Under the pieces are notes generated by a model. The model saw only the letters and a list, made by a program, of their open reading frames with translations, was not told the origin of the DNA and did no database searches. A program made the translations under genes and the position numbers. Of a stretch of 64,000 nucleotides of DNA, positions 23,348-33,425 are shown piece by piece. The first letter of the stretch is position 1; each line of letters begins with the position of its first letter. The DNA is taken from NCBI GenBank assembly GCA_002269645.1, contig NIVC01003675.1, positions 19,489-83,488 of the forward strand, in the 5' to 3' direction. Origin of the DNA: Macrostomum lignano. Its lineage: Eukaryota.

Positions 23348-26300
23348 GTCTCTAGTAAGTTGAGTGATTGCAGAATTTGATGGGCACAGGTAGTACAGTG
23401 AATTCACTACAGTGATGTAATGTAAGCATCTATGCCTTCTATAAAAAACTTGCTAGTCCAAGCTAAAAATGCAACAAGTAAGTGTGAGCATCAACTACTT
23501 GGCTGGCTTGCGCATTAGGTTCTAGTGAGTCAATGTGTCTCGCCGTGGCCAAACCCCATCCATTCCAACCCTTCTTTCACTTCACTAGGAAAATTGACCC
23601 CTGGCAAGTGCTGAAGAGCTGAGCATAAGCCAAGGCGTTTGACATTGCTGCCTCTCCAAACTTGTTATACAGCACCCTGTAAAATGGGTCACTCAGGACA
23701 AGTGTACAAATACTATTCTCTGGAACCCTATACTTCCAATGCTGACTTTGTTAGGGTGCATCACCAAGGAGTGCTTCTGGAATACTGACTTTATTTGCTT
23801 CTAGGATGCAGTCTGTTTCATGCCCAGTAGGTTGTAAAGATCTGACACTGCAATGGCTAGCCAATTTGGCACATCTCTACAGCACCAATTTTGGGCACCA
23901 TTAATGAAAATCTTAACTTCCATTAATGGCAAAATCATTAGTGTTTAGAAACAAGAAAATCTTAACTTATTAACTCTTAATTTTGTTAAGTTAACTGATA
24001 GTCATTAATAAGCAATAATCTGTTAAAGTTAACACATAAATTATAAAAATCTTGCACTTTTTTCAAAACAGACTTCCAAAATGCACTGTCTTTGCTTTTC
24101 CATTTTTTAGCAATACACAGGGGTCATCTAACCAATTTGCAAGCTAAAAAGTATTAAATAATATATTGTAAAAACTTGTATATATAATACTAAAAGTAAG
24201 CATATGGTAAAAGAAGTAACTTGGTTATTTGAAACTTGAAAGCTAATTAGTTAATAATAAAATACAAATACAAAGGTTGTTTCAGTAGTAGCATTAGCAG
24301 GCGCAGCAGAAAGTTACAAATAAGATTGGGAAAGAAGTAAATCAAAACAATCCATGCTCACGTGCAAGCAAAAAAAATCATTATTAAAGTTCATTAGTAA
24401 AAAATTGTTACTTTGCATGATCATCATTAAGAGATTTATTGGGCATTTAGGTAAATTCAAATGCATCCAGTTGTAGTTTCTCTTTACACTTATATTTTTG
24501 TTCTTTCTTTGTGTCTTTGGTCATTGACCTTGCCATTAATGTTAACAAAAAATTTGTCATTAGCTCACAAAATTATTAATGCAAATATTCATTAATCCAT
24601 TATTTCAAAAAATCTTAATGGCAGTCTGTTAACATTAATGAAAATCTTAATGCTTATTAATAGATTAACACTTATTAACAGACTGGTGCTCAACACTGTA
24701 CAACACAAATTAAACTCAGCCAGTCTCTCAAATGATAAAGACATGCAACTCACTCTCTTGTCTTCTTGCAACAGTGATGGCAGCAGTAAGGGTGGCTTCT
24801 CTCAACTGCTAGCAATAATTCTGGGCAAAGGCTGGCTTTTGAAAAGTTCCATTTTTGGTTATAACAGAGCTTATAGTTGCATATAGATTGATACAAAAAG
24901 AATGGCCTCCTCTACCGCCACTCCTGCTTATATTTATATTTATGCTAGCTGGTTAGGCCCTGGGGTATTGCTACCCTAGGCCCAGCTAGCCAAAGTTAGG
25001 AGTCTAAACAGTTACAAAGCATGCCAGGGTTGCAATTGGAGGAAAGAGAGTACACACTAGACCGCCAGCCAATCCCAGGGCTTATAATTTGACTTGGCTG
25101 ATTTTCAGTAAAGTGAAGTAGGAGAAACATATACTCCAATAACCCCTCTAAAGTGGAAGCAGACTTTTAGGGCGACCTGCACTCGCCCTTTTGCAATGCC
25201 GTCATCAAGCACTTGTGGCTTTTTGTAAGAGTGCAGCTGTCCACAACTGCTACACTCCACCACACTCTGATAACAATGCAATTCCCTAATTATTGCCTAA
25301 TTTAGTCCCTAATACTACTTCCTAAAATAGTCCCTAAATAGTCCCTAGGGCCTATATGCATATGAAATTGAATCCTTATACCTCCATGTATACTGCCATG
25401 ATCCTCTAATCTTAAAAACAACAAGACTGGAAGAGATTTACATGCAATATATATAATACTAGTAACAGTAACATACATTACTGCTTAGGCCTACTAAGAA
25501 TGCTACCAGTACAGAAAAAGAATACTAACAATATAAATACAAAATGAGTATGCCACTAGCAAGTAAGAAGTAAGAAATATTGTGACAATATCCAGATATT
25601 TATTTAGACTTTTACTTAGATTGATTCTGAGATCAATAAAGACTCATTACTTAGATCTATTCTAAGAGTTACAACTTGATGACAATATTTGTGGTATTAG
25701 TAGTGGAATTTCATAGGATGTGACAAAGAGCCGTATGATATATAAATAAGTCAAATTTTTGTTGTCTAAATATAATGTTGTACTAGAAAAGTGCAATGCA
25801 AATAATGCTTTCTTATGTTTCAATCATGTTTTTCAAAATTTTTAAATTGACAAGTATTTTGAAAATGTTATCATTGGTATTATTATTATTGTTGCTTACT
25901 ACTATTGTTTGCAAATTATGGCACTAAAGCAATTATTGTATTTAAAATATTGTTGCTTTATTGTTGGCATGTAATAATTTTGTAAGCAACTATTATCTAT
26001 TTTGTTTTGTTTCACTCTTAGCCAGCTAGCACTTAAATAAAGAGGAAATGATATTTGTATCATGTTCCCTTTTTTATGAAACTTTTTAGCTGCATATTAG
26101 GAAACTTTCAGATTGGCAAAGTACTTTATTAAAGCTTGCAACAAAGTATGATATAATGGTTGCCTGTTAGATAGACTTTTCAATCCTATTATTAATATTA
26201 GCATCCCATGGTGTATGGCTCAAGTGTTTATAGCAGAAAAGAGGATAGCTTTGTTTGGCACACAAAGGACTGTCTACCACAAATTGACCTTTAGCCACAA

Positions 26301-26477
26301 TAAATATTGCTACTCATTTTAGCTTTGCTATGCAAATTAGGCTGTAAAATGTAGGATATTGTAATAAAACTATAATAATAAGTATTTAAATTTAACTTTT
26401 CAAGACACAAATAGTATTATTTTAGTAAATTGCAGATTAATTTTCTAACAAAAAACAAGTAATACTAGACTAACAAT

Positions 26478-26861
26478 ATGGCTGGAGCTTGTGATAGAAC
26501 TGAACCAGTGTTTAGCATGGGTGCCGGAACCCTCTCCGTGCCTATGACTCTGCATGCTCAAAATCGACGTAGACTGTGCCAGCGGCTTCGTACCGACGCA
26601 GCTGCCGCCGCCCCAGGCATTGTGCTGCTTCAAGGCGAAACTGAACTGCCTAGAAATGGCACCGATGTTACTTATAATTTTCATCAGGATTCGTTTTTTC
26701 ATTGGGCATTCGGAGTGCTGGAACCAGACTGTTATGGCGCCATTGACGTGGCCACTGGTCGTAGCTACATATTCATGCCCCGGCTGCCTGATGAATACGC
26801 TATCTGGATGGGCAGGCTGCAGACGACTGAAGATTTTCGGCGCAAGTACGCCGTTGATGAG
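26478..26861 (+). CDS. PEPD: Xaa-Pro dipeptidase (prolidase), exon 1
   Basis: LHAQNRRRLC...FHQDSFFHWAFGVLEPDCYGAID...PRLPDEYAIWMG...KYAVDE; donor GAG|GTGAGA, phase 0. Confidence 0.95.
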
Positions 26862-27140
26862 GTGAGAATTAATTAGCGATTAGAGATCTGCTGTGAGTCT
26901 GGGACTGCAATCAGGTTTTACTTACCCATCTATCTACCCCTCTCACTTCTGTTTCTTGTTTCTCTCATTCTTTTCCACGGATACTAATAAAAGTATTTAT
27001 TGAAAGTGAATTTCTGTTGCAGTCTAACATTCTAACAGTACTAACATGCCCATATTCTGCATCGATTTGAGATATAGACAAAACTTTCATCATCCGACTC
27101 TAACCGACATTCTACTCGTATGTGTGGAAGCGAGCCAAAA

Positions 27141-27741
27141 ACAAAGACCACTAGAAGAAGAATAATGGGACACTTCGTTTCTTGGAGAATTTATTAAAGG
27201 CTGATTTTCACGGGAAATGCACGAGCGAGATGGGAAAATTTCACTTTTTCACTTTAAAATGGTGATAGCTTTTTATTGGAAGCAGATACAAAGCTCTTCT
27301 TTTGATAAAACTTACAAAACATGTTGCTTCGACGGATTTTAGAAAGACCTTTTCATGAATAATTGATCTTCATATTATTTTAGTTACTAGCTATATCATG
27401 CAGCAATTATAGTCTAAAGCTAACTAGTGACTAACTTAAATTTTACAATGTCTGTTTAATCGAATGCATCTATTTATTAGCAATATAATTATATTTATAT
27501 CATTGAAAACAGTTGGCTTTAATTATATGCTCAATTCACTGCTTATTCATTTTAGTTTTATACTTTTTATATAAAATGAGTATTAAAATATGTAGCTACC
27601 TTAGCTATACTAGATCAATTATTCATGAAAAGTGAAAAAAGTGAAAAGTTCCTATCTCGCTAGTGCATTTTTCCGTGAAAATCAGCCTTTAATAAATTTT
27701 CCAAGAAACGAAGTGTCCCGTCCTTCTTCTAGTGGTCCTTG
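27141..27741. mobile_element. 601-bp MITE with about 115-bp imperfect TIRs and a perfect 8-bp TSD (hAT- or P-type ends), PEPD intron 1
   Basis: Starts CAAAGACCACTAGAAGAAG, ends CTTCTTCTAGTGGTCCTTG; GCCAAAAA at 27133-27140 and 27742-27749. Confidence 0.9.
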
Positions 27742-28494
27742 GCCAAAAAAATTGACCACTTTGTATATTGAGTTGACATATCTAGTGTTTTTTTAGGATC
27801 TGTAAGGACCCAATTACCCTTTACCTCTCTTCTTTCTGCCCTTTTTCTCCTCTTTCTAATTCTCTATTTAGGCTTACCCTTTTCTCATGTAACCTTATCA
27901 TGTTACCTTTCTCATGTTACAGTCCTCTCCGCTTCTCTTACTGTAACCATTTTCGACTCGTGAGATCTAAGCTACCGTTTATTATTTGATCAATTTCTCT
28001 GCTCTTAGTGGACATCTGGTTTGATTTGGTAGTTCGCCCTAATTATAGTACAATTAAGATTAGAGATTGAAGAATTGAGACAGCAATCCAAAGAGATTTA
28101 TTCTTTCGAAAGATTTAGAACAAACAGAAAACAATACAAGCATGCAATAGGTTTTAATAGGTTTCTAAGTATTAGACACTTATTAAACGTGCAAAAGTAT
28201 TTAATTAGGCATGACCACTGTTAACAGTATTACGTTTCCTTAATCCCATTATTACTTTAAGTTTTCGTAGTCTGACTATTTTAACAAACTACGATACCTA
28301 AATCCACCCTAAAAACTAAAATTATTCTAACGGAACCCAGCTTCTCTCTACTAGTAGAGAAACTCCCAAGCTCCCTGTCTATCCCCATCGCTAACATTTC
28401 TTAAGCCTGAACTACTATTAGTAGGTTAAAAGCATATCTACTCTATTACAATTATTAGAAAATGTCACAAGCATTTATTATTACTGTTACTCAG

Positions 28495-29052
28495 GTGCAC
28501 TACGTAGACGAGATACCCAAAGTGCTGGCCAGCCTAGGCCAGGCCTCCGCGCCTCCAACTCTGCTAACCCTATCCGGCGTGAACTCGGACAGTCGCCTGC
28601 GAACTCGCGAGGCCGCGTTCGATGGTATTGGCGAATTCCCAGTCGATCGGGAACGCCTCTACGAAGCCATCTGCGAGTGTAGAGTGATTAAAACTGACTT
28701 AGAATTGGAGGTGCTGCGCTATTCGAATCGGGTCAGTAGCGAAGCTCATCGTCGCGTAATGCGAGCAGTTCGACCCGGCTGGCGGGAGTACCAGGCCGAG
28801 TCGACATTTCAACACTACTGCTATCACACTGGCGGCATGAGGCACGTGGCTTACACCTGCATTGGCGCTTCCGGCTGCAACTGCGCCGTGCTGCACTATG
28901 GCCACGCTGGCGCGCCAAATGAACGGCTTATTAACAATAGCGATATGTGCCTGTTTGATATGGGCGGCGAGTACTATGGCTATGCCAGCGATATCACCTG
29001 TAGCTTCCCGGTGAATGGCAAGTTTACGCCTAATCAACGGCTGGTATACGAG
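28495..29052 (+). CDS. PEPD: Prolidase exon 2
   Basis: Acceptor TTACTCAG|GTG; VHYVDEI...CRVIKT...YTCIGASG...[10 protein letters not shown]...[25 protein letters not shown] (metal ligands in FDMG and SDIT); donor GAG|GTAAGA. Confidence 0.97.
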
Positions 29053-29074
29053 GTAAGAACGGGTTTTACAAGAG

Positions 29075-29290
29075 TTGAGCAAAACACTTAACTCTGCAAA
29101 TGGGTGCCAGCATTAGCTGGGGTAATTAAGGGTGTGTGGCGACCCTTTCCCAAGCCCCAGTCCTTGGACTGAACAGCCGTACGCAGCCTTCAGGCGCGCC
29201 GCGCAAATAGCTGCGGCTGAGCTGTCGGTTGCACATCTGGCACAATGGGGGGAGGTTTAATCAATTATTATTATTACTACTATTAATACT
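29075..29290 (+). mobile_element. 5'-truncated SINE copy ending in (TTA)n
   Basis: About 170 bp match the reverse complement of 31275-31437; it begins with a TTGAGCAAAACACTTAAC...AAATGGGTGCC central-domain-like motif. Confidence 0.75.
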
Positions 29291-30263
29291 ACTATATGAA
29301 TTGTCTGTAGAATGTAAATATGTGGTCTGCCCCCGAGATTCCAAACGATGCAACAGTCAGAGCTGCTATGCTATGTCGCCTCTTAATTTGCGTTTTTGCT
29401 CCCCCCTTTGTGAACTAACTTAACTGATAATTTAAATTAACTTACTCAAGCCTTGGATTCAGAACTGAAAGATAAAAAATCATTTGTGTATGTATGCGCA
29501 CCGCTGATAACATAGCGCGCCCTTGCTTTACTATGTATAGCTTCAGAGCTATAGAAAAAGCAAAACTGTTCTCACACAACGCTAACTTGGTTAACTTACA
29601 TGCATTGTCAACATTCAAGCATAGCTGTGTAGTGGCGCCATTGTGTTTCCCTGACAGTTTGGTAGCACTATTTTGCTCATTAACCTGCTGATGACAGTCT
29701 TGAAAAGGTGGACTACATTTCTTACTCGTCACCTTTGTTTGAGTTTGCAAAAGTCGGCCTAGAGACAGGCAATACGTCATTCAAAATCTTTCATCGAGTT
29801 TTTTCTCTTGAGGCTGACAGAATCGTAGCTACAGCATATAGAAGCAGGTGCGCAAAATCTCACAGATGTTTTTGCAAAAGAAATTCCCTCCGCTTCAGAA
29901 AAGCGTCGTCTTTGCAAACTGTCAATTTCTCGTAAAAAAAGAGGGAAGACAAAAGCTTTTTGTCAGCACGCTATTGTTTCTATGGTGCGGCGGTCCAGGT
30001 TCGATGTCTATATATTGTCAACGGTAACGAGACCGTTAGAAATGAAAAAATAAGAGCCTTTATTCGTATAGCTAAGCATTTCAAGCTACGCCATATCGAA
30101 ACTTCTAAGCTGAGAATAAATCCTATTTATTGAAACCTTGTCGTCCGATCCTCTGCGGCTAACCAGAAATGCGCTTGTAAGTTTTCGTTCTGTTAGCGCA
30201 GTCAGATGCGTCTTTCTTGAAACTTGCAACGATGTTCAATCATGCAAAGATGGCAATTTTTGA

Positions 30264-31058
30264 ATGCTTTTTTTCAGACTAGTTGCCAGCCTCATCTGCG
30301 TGTCCGTATTGACACCAGTATTGATAGTTGTTGCTAGTGCTTGTGACAGCGTATTGAAAGTGAAATTTCACGAAACAATCGGAGTAGATTGTGTGCATTC
30401 TAACTTCACAAGGATTGTGTGGGGCTCCTGCGATCCGGCGGCTTGCAGTTTTCACTGCGCTAAGCTGCACAACTGCCAGGCCTTCACGCTGTATCGTGAT
30501 AGTAGCACCTGTCTGTGCAAGCTGTTCCTGTTTGATAGGTGCAGTCACCGTGTGCAGTCTGAGGCCAACTGCTCACGCCAAGTGGCTGTGTACGTGAGGT
30601 CTCTACCCAACATGCCACTCGGTCGCTTGTGCCCACCCGGATACAAGTTCACTCGATTTGGCACCGCCTATAAAGTTTTACCGATTGAAGCGAATAGTTG
30701 GACTGAGGCGAAATTGAATTGTGAACAAGATGGCGAACTGGCTAAATTTGCTGACATTTTTTATGTTGATGAAGCTGAATACTTAAGGTCGATACTAAAC
30801 TTAGCGAACCACTCGTCGGATCGTTATTACGTCGGTGGCTACCAATTGTCTACCTACACCAGTGTCACTGATGGGTGGATCTGGAGCGCCTGCAATGTGA
30901 GCTTTCAATCCGAGGTTTGGAAGTCAGACAGGCCAGAAGAAGGCCTTACTGAGGATAAAGGCTGCGTTCAAATGACTTCGTCGTCAGATATTGGTGTTGA
31001 CGATACAGCCTGCAACAGAAGAAAGCGATTTATCTGCGAGTGTCAGAGCGTTTTCTAA
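30264..31058 (+). CDS. Intronless secreted protein: signal peptide, PAN/apple-like domain and C-type lectin domain, nested in PEPD intron 2
   Basis: ATG at 30264; hydrophobic N-terminal ~26 aa; CSFHCAKLHNCQAF...CKLF (PAN-like); CPPGY...SWTEAKLNCEQDG...YYVGG...WIW...CVQM...DDTAC...KRFICEC (C-type lectin domain). 264 aa, no stops. Confidence 0.85.
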   Translation: MLFFRLVASLICVSVLTPVLIVVASACDSVLKVKFHETIGVDCVHSNFTRIVWGSCDPAACSFHCAKLHNCQAFTLYRDSSTCLCKLFLFDRCSHRVQSEANCSRQVAVYVRSLPNMPLGRLCPPGYKFTRFGTAYKVLPIEANSWTEAKLNCEQDGELAKFADIFYVDEAEYLRSILNLANHSSDRYYVGGYQLSTYTSVTDGWIWSACNVSFQSEVWKSDRPEEGLTEDKGCVQMTSSSDIGVDDTACNRRKRFICECQSVF

Positions 31059-31272
31059 GACGGCTTTAAAACATTTTCAATACTGAAAATTGATATTTAA
31101 AATACAACTCACTGCTGATAAAAGAAGTCAAACAATTAATTGTTTAAATATATTTAGAAAGAAGTCGTGAAAACTTAAAGGCATAAGTTTCTGGACATGA
31201 TTTATGAATATCGAATTTTTATTGTTTGTCTAATTGTGTGGCAAAAATCGAGTCATTTTTGGAAGCAAGACC

Positions 31273-31554
31273 TTATAATAATAATAATTGATTACACCAG
31301 CCCTAATGGAAAGATGTGCAACCGACAGCTCAGCCGCAGCGAATTTGAAGGCTGCGTACGGCTGTTCAGTCCAAGGACTTAAAGGTCGCCACACGCACCC
31401 TCAATTACCCCAGCTAATGCTGGCACCCATTTTACAGCTGGGTGAACTGCTTACTGCTCAAAGACAAAAATGATTCCGAATTGGTCGTTAATCGGGAATC
31501 GAACCCCCGACCTCTCAGTCGCCAGCCTGACGCTCTAATCTAACTACAACACCC
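31273..31554 (-). mobile_element. Near full-length tRNA-derived SINE
   Basis: The minus strand reads GGGTGTTGTAGTTAGATTAGAGCG...GGGGGTTCGATTCCC (degenerate A box, clear B box), then TTGAGCAG...CCCAGCTGTAAAATGGGTGCC and a (TTA)n tail. Confidence 0.8.
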
Positions 31555-31674
31555 TTACATTGAGTACAAAATACGCATAAATACTGAATTATAAATCTAC
31601 TTGTTTTTTTTACTTTATGAAGCTACTGCAGAGCTTAGGATTTTTTAACTCAATTTTTCTCTCGTTACCCCCAG

Positions 31675-32007
31675 GCCGTGCTGGACGCCAATCGAGCCGT
31701 TTTAGCCGCCTTCCGACCCGGCGCCTCTTGGCCAGATCTGCATCTGTTGTCCTTGCGCATCATTCTACGCCATCTAATTGAAATGGGCATCTTGAAAGGC
31801 GATCTGGACGAGATGATGGCCGTCAAATTGGGCGCCGTGTTTATGCCGCACGGGCTTGGACATCTGATGGGGCTGGATGTGCACGATGTGGGCGGCTATC
31901 CGAACGGCGGCTCAAGATCGACGGATCCGAATTTAAGGTCGCTGAGAACTTTACGCACCCTGGAGGCCGGAATGGTGCTGACGATTGAGCCGGGACTCTA
32001 CTTTCAG
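31675..32007 (+). CDS. PEPD: Prolidase exon 3
   Basis: Acceptor TTACCCCCAG|GCC; [20 protein letters not shown]...[17 protein letters not shown]; donor CAG|GTACGT. Confidence 0.97.
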
Positions 32008-32229
32008 GTACGTCTGATTAGCGCTCAGTCTTAAAATGTAAAGCTTTCATACATTCATACCTACTTTCATACCTATAGTTAAAAGCTGCACTGATCCCTT
32101 GAATCTAGATAGCTCATGGAAGTTGTACTAAGTTGAAGCTCACTCTTTACACCAAGGACCAGATAAAAAATCCATCTCATGGCTGCGGGGCCAAAAGAGA
32201 TTGGAAAATAGATGGAATAGATAAGCTAT

Positions 32230-32955
32230 GAGAGAAGAGATGAGAGGCGAGAGATGGGATGGGAAAATATAGAAAAGAGGAGAGAAGAGGGGAGAAAGTG
32301 GAGAGGGAAGAAAAGAGAGGAGATAGAGTAGAGAGGAGAGGAGGAAAAGGAGAGGGAAGAGGAGAGAGAGAGAAAAGAGAGGAGAAAGAGAAAAAAGAGA
32401 AGAGAGAAAAGAGAAAGGAGAGAGAATAGAGGAGGGCTAGAGACGAGAAAAGAAAGTAGAGAGAGTAGAGAAGAGGCGAGAAAGGGGAGGAGAGAGAAGA
32501 CAGGAAAGCAGAAAGACGAGAAAAGAGAGAGGGGAGCGAGAGAGTAGATGAGAGGCGAGAGAGGGGAGAAAAGAGAGGAGAGTAGAGAAGGGGAGAGAGG
32601 ATAGGAAAGGAGAGAAAGAAGAGGAGAGGAGAAAAGAGAGAAAAGGAGGGAGGTGGGAGAGAAGAGAGGGAAAGGAGGGAGAAGGGAGAGAACAGAGGGA
32701 AAGAAGGGGGATGGGAGAGAAGAGAGGGAAAGGAGGGAGATGGGAGAGAAGAGAGGGAAAGGAGGGAGGGGAGAGAAGAGAGGGAAAGGAGGGAGATGGG
32801 AGAGAAGAGAGGGAAAGGAGGGAGGGGAGAGAAGAGAGGGAAAGGAGGGAGGGGAGAGAAGAGAGGGAAAGGAGGGAGGGGAGAGAAGGGAGGGAAAGGA
32901 GGGAGGGGAGAGAAGAGAGGGAAAGGGGGGAGAGGGGAGAGAAGAGAGAGAGCTG
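32230..32955. repeat. Polypurine (GA-rich) low-complexity / microsatellite tract in PEPD intron 3
   Basis: About 700 bp of almost exclusively G/A, with ~30-bp sub-periodicity toward the 3' end. Confidence 0.95.
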
Positions 32956-33200
32956 AAAAGAGACACAAAATGTTGTGTAGTTTCAAAGGACCCGGGCGCG
33001 GAATTAGAAAGGCTTTGTAAGCCGCATTCGGCCTGTGAGCCGGAGTGACCCCTACTCTAGAAATCCCTAGATTTTTTAATTCGTGATGCCAAAGTTCAAA
33101 GCTCTTAAAATTCTAGATCCAGCTTACAATTGAACTTTTTAAATCTTTACATACATTTATTATAATTAATTGTCAACGCCATGTCTCGCTAAACCCTCAG

Positions 33201-33425
33201 GACGCCCTGCTCGACCGAGCCCTGGCCAATCCCGAGCAGGCTCGATTCTTCAATGTCGATCGACTGGCTGAATTCCGCGGCACCGGCGGCGTCCGAATCG
33301 AAGACGACGTTGTTGTGACGGCCGACGGCGCCGAACTGATGACCGACGTGCCTCGAACCGTTGACGAAATCGAAGCTTTCATGGCCGGCCGGGAGGCTGA
33401 TTCCGCTGGCAAGCCGGCGCCTTAG
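33201..33425 (+). CDS. PEPD: Prolidase exon 4 (terminal; absent from the ORF track because it has no start codon)
   Basis: Acceptor AAACCCTCAG|GAC; [63 protein letters not shown]...*; the spliced product is 499 aa. Confidence 0.95.
   Translation, partial: DALLDRALANPEQARFFNVDRLAEFRGTGGVRIEDDVVVTADGAELMTDVPRTVDEIEAFMAGREADSAGKPAP

Noticed and set aside
23450-23880. Coding-like minus-strand stretch (DPFYRVLYNKFGEAAMSNAL...)
   Set aside because: Multiple stops and no recognisable domain.
32177-33048. Long Leu/Ser/Pro/Phe-rich and Glu/Arg/Gly-rich ORFs
   Set aside because: Translations of the polypurine tract inside a PEPD intron whose flanking exons join in frame.
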